DNA from: Methyloceanibacter sp.
Lineage (GTDB): Bacteria > Pseudomonadota > Alphaproteobacteria > Rhizobiales > Methyloligellaceae
Direction: 5' to 3'
Assembly: GCA_014380485.1 (NCBI GenBank)
Contig: JACMJU010000111.1
Coordinates: forward strand, 24,818-88,817
Length of the DNA: 64,000 nucleotides
Part shown: positions 10,388 to 20,251 of the stretch, piece by piece
How the letters are laid out: each line of letters starts with the position of its first letter
Numbering within the stretch: position 1 is the first letter of the stretch
Program-made: the position numbers and the translations under genes
The notes under the pieces: generated by a model
Databases searched by the model: none
The model's input: only the letters and a program-made list of their open reading frames with translations
What the model was told of the DNA's origin: nothing

Positions 10388-11575
10388 ATGCAGGGGGCCG
10401 GAGAGCAGGCGCTCATTGCCGGCGGCGGCATTGGCGGCCTCGCAGCGGCGATTGCGCTCGGGCGCCGGGGGATCGCGTGCGAAGTCCTCGAGCGCTCTCA
10501 TTTCGCCGAGGAGACCGGCGCCGGCATCCAGCTCGGTCCCAACGCCACGCGGGCCCTTGACGCGCTTGGCGTGCTCGATGCAATCGAGCCTTACGGTTTC
10601 AGGCCCGACGCGATCCTCGTCTATGACGGCCTCTCCGGCCGCAGGCTCGCCTCGCTTCCGCTTGGGACGGCCACGGTCGAGCGCTACGGCACCCCGTATG
10701 TGACGCTGCGCCGCGCCGATCTTCATGCCGCCTTGCGCGAGGCCTTGAACCGTCTCGCTCCGGTCGCCTTGAGGACGGGCTTCGAACTGAGCGCGATCGA
10801 TGCGCAGACGGGCGATGTCGTGGCACGCGCCGTCGATGGCAGCGAGGCCAAGGGCGCGTGCTTGATCGGCGCCGATGGATTGTGGTCGGCCCTCCGCCTC
10901 CTTATGGCGCCCGCGGCAAGCTTGTGGTTTACGGGCGCTACGGCATGGCGCGCGCAACTGCCGCGCGGCAACCTTCCCGCGCCCTTCGCCGCCCCCGTGG
11001 TCGGGCTCTGGCTCGGGCCACGAACGCATCTCGTCCATTATCCGGTCGGCGGCGGCGCCGATCTCAACATCGTCGCAGTCACCGAAGGCGGCGCGGCCCG
11101 TCAGGGCTGGAACCAGACAGGCAATGCCGCTTCTCTGCTCGCGAGTTTCGTGCCCTGGACGAAGGATTCGAAATCCTTGCTTGAACAGGTGGAATTCTGG
11201 CGCGGCTGGTCGCTCTACCGCCTCACTCGCCTCGAAAGCTGGGGCGCGGGTCCGGTCACGCTGCTCGGCGATGCCGCCCATCCGGTGTTGCCGTATCTGG
11301 CGCAAGGCGCCGGTCTCGCGCTCGAGGATGCCGTCGCGCTTGCCGCTTGCCTCGCGGCATCGCCGAGCGATCCGGCTGCCGCGTTTCGCCGCTATGAGCG
11401 ATTGCGCCGGCCACGCGCCGCGCGCGTTCAGCGCTCCTCGCGGCGCTTGGGCTGGCTCTACCATCTCGACGCCCCGTTAGCACTGGCACGCAATCTCATC
11501 CTTGCGCGAAGGAGCGAAGAGAAAGCCCTCCGGCGCTTCGACTGGCTCTACCGGCGCGAAGACGAAAGCCGATGA
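10388..11575 (+). CDS. FAD-dependent monooxygenase (salicylate hydroxylase-like)
   Basis: [27 protein letters not shown]. Confidence 0.92.
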   Translation: MQGAGEQALIAGGGIGGLAAAIALGRRGIACEVLERSHFAEETGAGIQLGPNATRALDALGVLDAIEPYGFRPDAILVYDGLSGRRLASLPLGTATVERYGTPYVTLRRADLHAALREALNRLAPVALRTGFELSAIDAQTGDVVARAVDGSEAKGACLIGADGLWSALRLLMAPAASLWFTGATAWRAQLPRGNLPAPFAAPVVGLWLGPRTHLVHYPVGGGADLNIVAVTEGGAARQGWNQTGNAASLLASFVPWTKDSKSLLEQVEFWRGWSLYRLTRLESWGAGPVTLLGDAAHPVLPYLAQGAGLALEDAVALAACLAASPSDPAAAFRRYERLRRPRAARVQRSSRRLGWLYHLDAPLALARNLILARRSEEKALRRFDWLYRREDESR

Positions 11576-12741
11576 GGGCCGGATCGCCGGCGCGAACCCA
11601 TGAGGACCGCGGCGCCGGCAAGGGCCGACAGCAACGAGCCGGTGAGCACCGCCAGCTTGGTCATGGCCTCGCGTTCGGCATCGGCAAAAGCGAGCAAGCC
11701 GATGAAAAGACTCATGGTGAAGCCGATGCCGCAGAGGAGTGCCACGCCCCAGATCGCGCGCCATGATGCGCCCGCCGGGAGGCGGGCGAGCCCCGTCCGG
11801 CTGGCGGCGAACACCGCGATCATGATGCCAATCTGCTTACCGAAAAAGAGACCGGCGACGATGCCGAGCGACAGCGGCGCCAGCAGCGCGTCCAGGCTCG
11901 TCCCGGCAAGCGGGACGCCGGCATTGGCAAAACCGAAGACCGGAAGCACGAGGAATGCGACCCACGAGCCGAGCCCGTCTTCGAGGCGGCAGAGCGGGGA
12001 ACTGGACTTGTTCTCCGCGCCTGCCGGGCCGAGCGGAATGCTCATGGCAAGAACGACACCGGCGAGCGTGTGGTGGATGCCCGAGAACAGCATCGCCGCC
12101 CAAAGCATGACGCCGAGCAAGAGATAGGGCGCCAGTCGCATGACCCCGAGCGCATTGAGACTGAAGAGCGCTGCCGTTGCGAGCGCGGCAGCGCCGAGAC
12201 CGGCGATGGAGAGGCCGGAGGCGTAGAAGATCGCGATGATGAGGATCGCACCGAGGTCGTCCACGATCGCGATAGAGGTCAAAAATACTTTGAGTGAGTT
12301 CGGAATTCTCGAACCGAGGAGCGACAACACGCCGAGCGCGAAGGCGATGTCGGTGGCGGTTGGAATTGCCCATCCCCGCCACGTCTCCGGCGTCCGCCAA
12401 TTAATCGCCAAGAAGATCAAAGCCGGGGCGATCATTCCCCCGAGAGCGGCGACCAGCGGAAGCGCTCGGCGCGGCCAGCTGTCGAGCTCGCCGGCAAGAA
12501 GCTCGCGCTTGATCTCGAGGCCGACCAGCAGAAAAAAAACCGCCATCAGCCCATCGTTGATCCAATGCAGCACGTCGAGGCCTGCCACTTTGGTATGGAG
12601 GAGTGCGGTGTAGCTGCCGGCGAGCGCCGAGTTGGCGACGATCATGCCGAACGCGGCACTCGCCATCAGTGCGAGTCCGCCAGAGGCTTCGGACTCGGCG
12701 AAACGCTGGAATGTCGAACGCGCTCGCCGAATGACGGGCAT
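11548..12741 (-). CDS. nhaA: Na+/H+ antiporter NhaA
   Basis: [37 protein letters not shown]. Confidence 0.96.
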   Translation of the reverse strand: MPVIRRARSTFQRFAESEASGGLALMASAAFGMIVANSALAGSYTALLHTKVAGLDVLHWINDGLMAVFFLLVGLEIKRELLAGELDSWPRRALPLVAALGGMIAPALIFLAINWRTPETWRGWAIPTATDIAFALGVLSLLGSRIPNSLKVFLTSIAIVDDLGAILIIAIFYASGLSIAGLGAAALATAALFSLNALGVMRLAPYLLLGVMLWAAMLFSGIHHTLAGVVLAMSIPLGPAGAENKSSSPLCRLEDGLGSWVAFLVLPVFGFANAGVPLAGTSLDALLAPLSLGIVAGLFFGKQIGIMIAVFAASRTGLARLPAGASWRAIWGVALLCGIGFTMSLFIGLLAFADAEREAMTKLAVLTGSLLSALAGAAVLMGSRRRSGPHRLSSSRR

Positions 12742-12776
12742 GAAGCTCGGGCTGGCTACGTGGTAAAACCGCCGCC

Positions 12777-13268
12777 CTACTGCGGCAGTTTCTTCGCCTG
12801 TTCGAGATGCTGCTTGACGATTGGGAGGATATTGGCGGCGAATTGCTTTAGCGCGGGGGTGCCGCCTCCTTCGGCATAACGGTCAAAAAGTTCAACGGCC
12901 CGACGATGTGCCTTGACCTGCTGTTGGGCGTAGGTTTTGTCGAAATTCTCGGGCGTCGCCTCATTCAGCGCGTCGATCCGTTTTCGCTGCCTTTTGCTGG
13001 GCTTGACCGGCAGCTCCACCTTGAGGTTTTCGGCCTGCACAATGTTTTTAAGCTCCTCGTTGGCCTTGCTGTGGGCCTCGACCATCTCCCGCCCAAACTG
13101 CTTCACCGCCTCCGACTGTCCCTTCTCGTTCGCGATCTTGCCGGCCTCGACCTCATACAGGCTGAACTTGGCCGCCTTCTTCACAAAATCGGGCTCGCTG
13201 GGCGCGCCGCAGGAAGCGAACGCGACAGTGGCCAAAACAGCAAGCGCGGCCAATAAGCGGTTTCTCAT
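12777..13268 (-). CDS. DUF4142 domain lipoprotein (ferritin-like)
   Basis: Lipobox-like FASC; EV...VKQFG..MV.AH, FDKTY, HLEQAK. Confidence 0.88.
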   Translation of the reverse strand: MRNRLLAALAVLATVAFASCGAPSEPDFVKKAAKFSLYEVEAGKIANEKGQSEAVKQFGREMVEAHSKANEELKNIVQAENLKVELPVKPSKRQRKRIDALNEATPENFDKTYAQQQVKAHRRAVELFDRYAEGGGTPALKQFAANILPIVKQHLEQAKKLPQ

Positions 13269-13314
13269 CGTTTTGCTCCGGATCGTTGGGCGACGGCGGT
13301 AGGTCGTGGGCTAA

Positions 13315-13339
13315 GACGCGCCGTCAAGGTTCCAGTTTC
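13315..13339 (-). promoter_or_regulatory. Possible EcfG/sigmaT promoter for the DUF4142 gene
   Basis: GAAAC-N16-CGTC on the minus strand; degenerate match to GGAAC-N16/17-CGTT. Confidence 0.35.
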
Positions 13340-13345
13340 AACAGC

Positions 13346-13873
13346 CTAGTGGCCGGTCGGATCGCCGCGCCGGCTTGCCTCGTAGAGGAACCAGACGCGG
13401 CGCTCCGCCTGGTCGATCCACACCTCGATCAGGCTCGTGGTCGCCACATCGTTCTCCGCCTCGCACACCTCGTGCGTCTCGCGCAAGGAAGCGATGAGCG
13501 CCTGATTGTCGGATCGGAGTTCGGCCAGCATGTCGAGCGGATCGACGTAGTCGGCGTCATTGTCGGGAATGCGCTGGAGTCGGGCGATATTGCCGATCGA
13601 ATGCAAGGTGGTGCCGCCCACTTTACGCACCCGCTCGGCGACTTCGTCGGTGATGGCGAAAATTTGCTCGGCCTGTTCATCGAACAGAAGATGGTAGTCG
13701 CGGAAATGCGGTCCGCTCACATGCCAGTGGAAATTCTTGGTCTTGAGGTAGAGCGCGAAGACGTCAGCGAGCAGCGCATTGAGCGCGCCGGTGATGTCGC
13801 GGCGCGCGTTGTCGCCAAGATCGGTCGGTGTCTGAAGCGGCGCCTTGCGGCGCTCCTTAAGGTCTTTGCTCAT
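13346..13873 (-). CDS. dps: DNA starvation/stationary phase protection protein
   Basis: KTKNFHWHVSGPHFRDYHLLFDEQ, DEVAERVR, W at C-terminus. Confidence 0.95.
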   Translation of the reverse strand: MSKDLKERRKAPLQTPTDLGDNARRDITGALNALLADVFALYLKTKNFHWHVSGPHFRDYHLLFDEQAEQIFAITDEVAERVRKVGGTTLHSIGNIARLQRIPDNDADYVDPLDMLAELRSDNQALIASLRETHEVCEAENDVATTSLIEVWIDQAERRVWFLYEASRRGDPTGH

Positions 13874-13907
13874 GGGGCGGTCTCCTCGGCGGCTCGAACA
13901 TCACTAC

Positions 13908-13933
13908 AACGCGCCATACAGGCGCCCGTTTCC
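13908..13933 (-). promoter_or_regulatory. EcfG/sigmaT-type general stress promoter of dps
   Basis: GGAAAC-N16-CGTT ending ~35 nt upstream of the ATG. Confidence 0.6.
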
Positions 13934-14052
13934 CAAAAGTCTTATTGATGGCGGTCAATTGTCGCTACCGGAGCACCGCCGCTAGCGCTATGCCAAAGGT
14001 GGACCTGGAAACGGCCGCCCTCCAGCGCAGGAACGAACTCGGTCGACCTTTC

Positions 14053-16185
14053 TCAATTAACGCGGGCCACCTGGACGAGATTGTCGGAGAAAGTCGGCGC
14101 GCGGCCAAGCCCGCAGAACTCGGCCGAAGAGATCGAATTCACCGAGCCGTCGGAGCGATTGAGGCTTCGCCAATAGCCGAGCGTCGCCACGATCACGCCC
14201 TCGCGCACATCGTCGGTGACACGGGCAAGTCCTTCAAAGTCGCCGCGATCGTTATACACCCGCACCGGATCGCCCTCGCGGATGCTGCGCGCCGCCGCGT
14301 CTTTCGGACTGATCATCACGAATTGCTCGCCCTGCCCTTTGATCTTGTGCGGCTCGTTGGCATAGCAGGAATTGAGAAAGCCGTGGCTCTTCGGCGATAT
14401 CACGCTGAGCGGATAGCGCTCGGCAAGACGCGGGTTGGTGGCGACGCTCTCCCGCGGCGGCACATAGCCTGGCAGCGGGTCGACATCCTCGCCCGACTGC
14501 ATCGCCTCGTACATCATGCGGAAGGGCGGCGCGACGAAGTTCTTGGCGTCCTTGACCAGGAACTCGACTTTGCCAGACGGCGTCGGGAAGTTGCCGTTGG
14601 CATGCGGCAGCCGATCGTCGGGCGTACCCACGGCGAGATGGAAATAGCCGTGACGCCGGAAATAGGCCATGTCGGTGCCGGCCATCTGCGGCGCGTCCCA
14701 TTTCACGTAATGCTCGGCGAGCGCCATGTCGCTCATCTTGAACTGCGGATCGTCGAACGCGAACGAAGCCGCGAGCAGCCGGAAGATCTCAGCGTTCGAC
14801 TTGGCCTCGCCGCACGGCTTGATCGCCTGCTCGTTGATGGTGAGATAGAAGTGGCCCCAGGAGAACATCATATCGTCGTGCTCGCCCGCCATGGTTGCGG
14901 GCAGGACGATGTCGGCATAGGCCGCGGTGTCGGTGACGAAATGCTCGGCAATCACGAAGAAGAGATCCTCGCGGCTCAGCCCCTTCACGATCGTATTGGT
15001 CTCCGGTGCTTGGCTCACCGGATTGGTATTGTAGACGTAGAGGCCCATCACCGGCGGATCGAGCTTCATGTCGCCGACGAGCGCGCGCCCAAGCTGAAGA
15101 TTGTTTACCACACGCGTGCCGGGGCGGATGAAGTCGGGTCGCGAGACGCGCGCCCAGTCGATGGGAAACTCCCATAGCGGCATCTGCAACAAGCCCCCGC
15201 CGACATGGCGCCATGAACCTGCGAGCGCGGGGATGGCACACACGGCACGGATGGTCTGCCCGCCGCCGGCATGGCGCTCGAGCGCGACGCCGAGCCGGAT
15301 GACCGAAGGCTGAATGGTTGCGAATTCGCGCGCGAGCGTGGCGATGTCCTGCCCCGGGACGCCGGTCACCTGCTCGACATATTCAGGCGTGAAATCGGCC
15401 GCGCGGGCGGCGAGCTCGGGGAAGCCGACGGCATGTTTCTCCACCCACTCTTTGTCGACATGACCGTTCTCGATCATCGCGGCGATGATGCCCATGGCGA
15501 GCGCGCCGTCGGTGCCGGGCCTCGGCATGATGTGCCAATCGGCCTGCTTGGCGGTGCGTGAACGGTAGGAGTCGATCACCACCACCTTGGCACCGCGCTT
15601 CTGCGCTTCGAGCACGAACGGCCAGTGATGCAGATTGGTCGAGATCGAGTTGCAGGCCCAGATCACGATGTAGCGGGAATGGACGAAGCTCTCCGGATCG
15701 ACTCCGCCGGTGGGTCCGACGGTGAGGAGCCAAGCGGTCGATGAGCCCGAGGCGCAGAAAGTCTTCTCGTTGACGGTCGAGCCGAGGCGATTGAAGAAGG
15801 CATCTCCCGCCGTCAGCCCCTGCACCAGACCCTCGTTGCCGAGATAGGAGTACGGCATGATCGCCTGGCTGCCGTAGCGCGCGATGATGTCCTTCCAGCG
15901 CTGCGTGATTTCGGCGATGGCTTCGTCCCAACTGATGCGCGCAAATTGCCGCGAGCCTTTGGGGCCCACCCGGCGCAAGGGATAGAGCACGCGGTCGGGG
16001 TTGTAATGGTGGTCGTGATAGTCCTTCAGCTTGACGCATAGACCGCCGCGGGTCATGGGGTGTTCCTTATTGCCCCTGACCTCGACCAGCCTTCCGTCTT
16101 CCACCTCATAGATCATGGCGCAGGTGTCGGGGCAGTCATGGGGACATCCCCCGAAAAATTGCGTGCGCTGAGGCTGGTCGTTCAT
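14053..16185 (-). CDS. Molybdopterin oxidoreductase family protein (uncharacterised subfamily)
   Basis: CPHDCPDTC...GGLC 4Fe-4S motif, RVLYPLRR, ISWDEAI, ADIVLPA, C-terminal molybdopterin-binding domain; no Tat leader. Confidence 0.92.
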   Translation of the reverse strand: MNDQPQRTQFFGGCPHDCPDTCAMIYEVEDGRLVEVRGNKEHPMTRGGLCVKLKDYHDHHYNPDRVLYPLRRVGPKGSRQFARISWDEAIAEITQRWKDIIARYGSQAIMPYSYLGNEGLVQGLTAGDAFFNRLGSTVNEKTFCASGSSTAWLLTVGPTGGVDPESFVHSRYIVIWACNSISTNLHHWPFVLEAQKRGAKVVVIDSYRSRTAKQADWHIMPRPGTDGALAMGIIAAMIENGHVDKEWVEKHAVGFPELAARAADFTPEYVEQVTGVPGQDIATLAREFATIQPSVIRLGVALERHAGGGQTIRAVCAIPALAGSWRHVGGGLLQMPLWEFPIDWARVSRPDFIRPGTRVVNNLQLGRALVGDMKLDPPVMGLYVYNTNPVSQAPETNTIVKGLSREDLFFVIAEHFVTDTAAYADIVLPATMAGEHDDMMFSWGHFYLTINEQAIKPCGEAKSNAEIFRLLAASFAFDDPQFKMSDMALAEHYVKWDAPQMAGTDMAYFRRHGYFHLAVGTPDDRLPHANGNFPTPSGKVEFLVKDAKNFVAPPFRMMYEAMQSGEDVDPLPGYVPPRESVATNPRLAERYPLSVISPKSHGFLNSCYANEPHKIKGQGEQFVMISPKDAAARSIREGDPVRVYNDRGDFEGLARVTDDVREGVIVATLGYWRSLNRSDGSVNSISSAEFCGLGRAPTFSDNLVQVARVN

Positions 16186-16365
16186 CCCGCAAGTCCTCCC
16201 TGGCGATCCCGAGAAGTCTTTGACCGCGATCAACCTACGAGGCAAAGCCCCCCTTGTCGACCCGCCATCGCCGTCAGACCGAACGAGCGGAAGCCGCGTA
16301 GGACGCCAACTTGACAATTTCCAGGCCGACAGTCAGGTTTCGCCCCGTTACCTGAGCAAGGCCCC

Positions 16366-17268
16366 GTGCACGCCACAGCGACATTCAAAGTCTTGCGATC
16401 GATCTGCCGGCGTGGGTCCTTCCTTCCAGCCATCCTTGTGCTTGTCGCCGCGACAAGCGGCGCCCACGCGGCCGATCCCACCGCCGAAGTGGGCGCGATC
16501 AGCGACGTCGAGGGCGAGGCTGAGATTGTCTCGAGCGGTCAGAGCACGGGCGCAGTCGATGGTGCGACCGTGAATTTGAACGACGAGCTCAAGACGGGGG
16601 CCGACGGCCATCTGCAAGTGACCTTTCGCGACGACACGGTGTTGACGCTCAGCGAGGACGCGCGCGTCGTGATCGACCGCTACGTGTTCGATCCCGATCA
16701 GGGCCTGGGCGACGTCTTGCTGACAACGACCCAAGGGGCGTTCCGCTTCGCCACCGGACGGCTCAAAGAGTTGAAGGAGAAAAACATTACGGTCTCGACC
16801 CCCGTCGCCGAGATTGGTATCCGCGGAACCGAATTTTGGGGCGGCCCGGTCGACGGGGAATATAGCGTGCTGCTCCTTGCGGGCGAGATCAACGTTAAGA
16901 ATCAGGCCGGCACGGTGACGCTCAACACGCCGGGACTTGCCACCGTGATCCGCTCGCGGCTCCAGGCGCCGCTGCGCCCGAGCCTGTGGTCTGTTGACAG
17001 AATCGAACGCGCGCTTACGCGGACCGTGACGCGCAAAGGACTGAAACAGCTCGAGCGCGAGCTCCGCAACTTTAACCTCCCCGGCCTTCGCGACGGCAAA
17101 GACAAGCTACCGGACATGCTCAAGCCGAACGACAAGCTGAGAGACACTCTCAAGCCGAAAGATAAGCTGCGAGACAGTCTCAAGCCGAAAGATTGGAAGC
17201 CCAAGATCGGTCCGGGCGGTCCCCAAAAGCGCCTGCGCCAGCCTCAGCTGCCGAGACTCCCGTGGTAG
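16366..17268 (+). CDS. FecR-domain exported protein with repetitive basic tail
   Basis: Signal peptide; DELKTG...F.DDT.L.L, TPVAEIGIRGTEF. Confidence 0.85.
   Translation: MHATATFKVLRSICRRGSFLPAILVLVAATSGAHAADPTAEVGAISDVEGEAEIVSSGQSTGAVDGATVNLNDELKTGADGHLQVTFRDDTVLTLSEDARVVIDRYVFDPDQGLGDVLLTTTQGAFRFATGRLKELKEKNITVSTPVAEIGIRGTEFWGGPVDGEYSVLLLAGEINVKNQAGTVTLNTPGLATVIRSRLQAPLRPSLWSVDRIERALTRTVTRKGLKQLERELRNFNLPGLRDGKDKLPDMLKPNDKLRDTLKPKDKLRDSLKPKDWKPKIGPGGPQKRLRQPQLPRLPW
17119..17193 (+). repeat. 30-bp coding tandem repeat (LKPxDKLRDx, ~2.5 copies)
   Basis: ctcaagccgaacgacaagctgagagacact / ctcaagccgaaagataagctgcgagacagt / ctcaagccgaaagat. Confidence 0.85.
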
Positions 17269-17302
17269 CGCTGGGTGTCTTGAGCCGCGGCCATCGATAA
17301 AG

Positions 17303-17497
17303 TCACCGCAAGCGTAAGCAGATTTGCCCAATCACACCCTGTATCGCCTCGGCGGCAAGTAGCACGAAGGCAAACTCGCTCCCGGGGCCTAACAGCGGGC
17401 CAAGCCGCCAGGCGGTATCGCTATTCCGTCCCCCGCAGCGCGCGAACAAATATGGGAGGATGGCCCTGCGTGCTTTGACGATGATCATGAAGCGCAT
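17303..17497 (-). pseudogene. Chimeric remnant: YciI-family N-terminus joined to a Kef/CPA2 antiporter fragment
   Basis: Strong SD then MRFMIIVKA (YciI-like start), followed by LGPLLGPGSEFAFVLL (Kef-type EFAFVL motif) and an early stop. Confidence 0.6.
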
Positions 17498-17557
17498 GGT
17501 TGTTCTCCTTCTTTTCCGAGCCGCCGGACGGTCTCGACCCCCGCCCTCTATGATCAC

Positions 17558-17584
17558 GTCGAACGAATCTTCGTGAAATCGACA
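17558..17584 (-). promoter_or_regulatory. ECF42-like promoter upstream of the YciI remnant
   Basis: TGTCGA-N17-CGAC on the minus strand. Confidence 0.5.
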
Positions 17585-17773
17585 CGTCGAAGAGTTTTTT
17601 TTTGGAGATACGGGCCGGAGCCAGCGATACCGCCGCATCGACAAGCTCGGCGCATGTAACCGCGTATCCGCAGTCGTATTCGGCGTTTTGACATGCATTG
17701 AGCAGTCGGCAGCCGCCCAGCCAATATCGTCAACCACAAGGCCACTTGGGAGATCAAATAGGCCGACGTGAGA

Positions 17774-18184
17774 TTAGAGCGCGCCGAGCTGCCGAAACAG
17801 ATTGTACCTGTCGTATTCGACCCAGTCTTCCGCAAGCTTCTCGCCCTCAAACCGACCGATGATGATCACGGTCCACTTCGCCTTGCGACCGGTTGCGGGA
17901 ATTCCCTCCCACTTTTTGCGTTGCGTGGCCTGCCAGGTTCCCCGCCACACGCCTTTGTCGCCTGCGAAAAAGAGGTCGTTCAAGGCGTAGGCGGCGTCGG
18001 GAAAGGCGTCGAAGAAGTTGGCCATCGCCTCTCGCCACGCTTCCGGCCCATTCAAACTCCGGTCACCCAGCCAGTGCGAGACGAGATTTTCAGTCACATA
18101 TTTGTCGAGCGATTGTAGATTGTGACCGTTGAACACGTCCTCAAGATAGGCGCGAACCCAGGCATCACGCTGATCTGCCGACAT
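17774..18184 (-). CDS. SnoaL-like ester cyclase family protein
   Basis: AFPD, GDKGVWR, WEGIPATGRK, EDWVEYD...RQLG. Confidence 0.9.
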   Translation of the reverse strand: MSADQRDAWVRAYLEDVFNGHNLQSLDKYVTENLVSHWLGDRSLNGPEAWREAMANFFDAFPDAAYALNDLFFAGDKGVWRGTWQATQRKKWEGIPATGRKAKWTVIIIGRFEGEKLAEDWVEYDRYNLFRQLGAL

Positions 18185-18240
18185 CGAAGCCTCCCTTTTT
18201 CAAAGAGGGGCGAAGGATGATGCAACTTCGCGCCAACTGT

Positions 18241-18327
18241 TGGTGCGGACGCCGGGACTCGAACCCGGACGGGGTTTCCCCCACAGGATTTTAAGTCCTG
18301 TGTGTCTACCAGTTCCACCACGTCCGC
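18241..18327 (-). tRNA. tRNA-Leu(UAA)
   Basis: GCGGACG acceptor stem, D-loop TGGTAGA, CAGGA-CT-TAA-AA-TCCTG anticodon arm, long variable arm, GGTTCGAGTCC, encoded CCA. Confidence 0.97.
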
Positions 18328-18450
18328 TGGTGCCGGGAGCGCCGAAGCGACGGTGCCAGAAATCCACGGCCGAGGAAACGTCATCCTCGTGGATTGAAAT
18401 TGGAGCGTCGGGGGGCCTTCGCGCAAGCGAGGGGCGCGATCTCCTACGTG

Positions 18451-19368
18451 TTAAGTCGGGAAGAACGGCTTTCGCTCACCCTCTTTATCCGGCGCTTCGG
18501 TCTCCTCGTCCTCTCTCTCGGTCGCTGACGCGACCCTCTCCGCCAGCGGCTCTGGCGCGGGCGCGTCTTCCGCGGGGACGAACACAACCGGTGCTCCGGC
18601 GCGAGGTTCGAGAGTCTCGAACACAACGGGGATTGTCTCAGACCGGGTGACCGAACCCGGACCGCCTTCGAGGCTCGCCCGAAGCAGCAGGAAGAGGGCA
18701 AGCGCGTTCAGCACATGCCATGCGAAATGCGTGCCGACTTTGCGTCCTTCGAACACGGCCTTGTCGCAAAGCGCAAGATCCAGGGAACGAAGGGCGATGG
18801 AGAGGGCGAAGATGACAGCGGCCCAAAGGAGCCAAGGCGCCGCTTTATGCCCGCGCTCGGACAGGATCAAGCCGACCACCATCAGCGCCACCAAGGCCGG
18901 AAAATAGAAGAGACTGCCGTTCAGGCACGGCTTGACGCCCTCCACGCCAGAACCGGGAAAGCCGATGAAATCCTCGCCGCATCGCACCTGCATGGTGATC
19001 GCGACGATGGCGGCGAATCCGAGCACCGCCAATGTGGTCCACGCCGGAGGGACGCCAAGGAAGCGATTCAGCGCGAAGCCGAAATAGCCCAGCATGAACA
19101 GGGTGATCGGCACGACATCGGCAAGCGCCGTCCCGCGGTCGGCGTAGAGATGGAAGGCGAGGCTGCCGAGGCCGATAAAAAGGACCAGCACCGGGAGCAG
19201 AAACTGGTCGGCGTTCCGTTCCTCAGGCGGCCGCCGCAGCACGAGCAGAAACCCGGCCAGGGCCGCCAAGAGAAATGCGGCATTGCTGACGGCGTTGATC
19301 GGCTCGGCAAACAGCGCCTCGCTGGTGCCGCGCTCGCAATAGAGAAAGACACGCTCGCCGAAAGTCAT
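18451..19368 (-). CDS. Ceramidase-domain membrane protein
   Basis: YCER...AEPINAVSN, GSLAFH, GTHFAWHVLN; about 7 TM segments. Confidence 0.87.
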   Translation of the reverse strand: MTFGERVFLYCERGTSEALFAEPINAVSNAAFLLAALAGFLLVLRRPPEERNADQFLLPVLVLFIGLGSLAFHLYADRGTALADVVPITLFMLGYFGFALNRFLGVPPAWTTLAVLGFAAIVAITMQVRCGEDFIGFPGSGVEGVKPCLNGSLFYFPALVALMVVGLILSERGHKAAPWLLWAAVIFALSIALRSLDLALCDKAVFEGRKVGTHFAWHVLNALALFLLLRASLEGGPGSVTRSETIPVVFETLEPRAGAPVVFVPAEDAPAPEPLAERVASATEREDEETEAPDKEGERKPFFPT

Positions 19369-19642
19369 AATCCCTCTCCTTTCGCCCCCAGTTCAGGAAA
19401 GAGGCCTCCCACGCCTCGGGTTCCACCGCCTGACCCGCAACCCCCGCCTTTTGGGCTCCTGTTCTGAGAGCGCACCGCCGGGAATTCCATAACGGCCGTC
19501 GTGAAATCGTGTTGGCTCGCGGTTCGCGGCGCGCTCTCTTGCCGCGTGCATCCTTGCCGCTTGTGGGCAAAGGGACCGCAGAGAGTGCTGTGGCGCGCGG
19601 CTTCTTACCTGGCTGCTTCCCGGCGGACTGGCGCCGACCGCC

Positions 19643-20131
19643 CTATTCCGGCGGCGATCCGTCATCTTCCGCGGGGCCTTCCGCCGGGCCTTCCGCCGGA
19701 CCTTCTTCGTCCTCCGGCAAGAACTCTTCTTCGGGCAGCTCCTCTATGTCGGTGCCAACATCGGTCGGAAGCCCGAGGCTCTTCCTGCAACTATCCTCGT
19801 AGCTTTCATTTGCGTTCATCAAATCTTCGAGGGTGGGATAGCTCTCGACATCGGCGTCGCTGATCTCCTCATTATGCATCTTGGTCAGCATGTCGACGTC
19901 GTTCTGGCTGAGATTGTTCTTCTCGAGCTCGGCCGCCACGCACTCGCAATAGGCCTGTGGCGTCACCTTGCTCTCGTCGAAGCCCGGATCGTCGGTTACG
20001 CTCGAATCCTTGCTGCAAGCCGCGATGAAGTTGGCGGCGTTGAGCTTGGCAGCCTCGACCTTCGCCGCGCCAAGGCAGACAACGGCAAAAGCGCCAAGCG
20101 CGACAAGGCGCATGAAGGAACTCTCGTGCAT
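19643..20131 (-). CDS. Exported hypothetical protein, Cys-containing, with an acidic repeat tail
   Basis: Signal peptide, AAC...YCECV...SCR, EGPA x3 tail (12-bp repeat); start uncertain. Confidence 0.75.
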   Translation of the reverse strand: MHESSFMRLVALGAFAVVCLGAAKVEAAKLNAANFIAACSKDSSVTDDPGFDESKVTPQAYCECVAAELEKNNLSQNDVDMLTKMHNEEISDADVESYPTLEDLMNANESYEDSCRKSLGLPTDVGTDIEELPEEEFLPEDEEGPAEGPAEGPAEDDGSPPE

Positions 20132-20251
20132 GCCTGCCCCTCCCCTCGCCATTCGGATCTTATCACTTCGTGTTAGCGACCGCCGCCAAGAGTAAGGACT
20201 GGAATCGCCCCTTAGGCAACAGGTGGGGTGATCCCAAGGATTACCGATCGC

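Noticed and set aside
13990-14052. MPKVDLETA... as the remnant of a cupin gene start
   Set aside because: Only weak resemblance over about 20 residues; cannot be supported without a search
17119-17193. CRISPR-like repeats (also the 12-bp repeat near 19674-19705)
   Set aside because: Contiguous in-frame coding repeats without spacers; no cas genes in the window
18180-18330. Prophage or integrative element at tRNA-Leu
   Set aside because: No integrase, phage genes or att duplication visible
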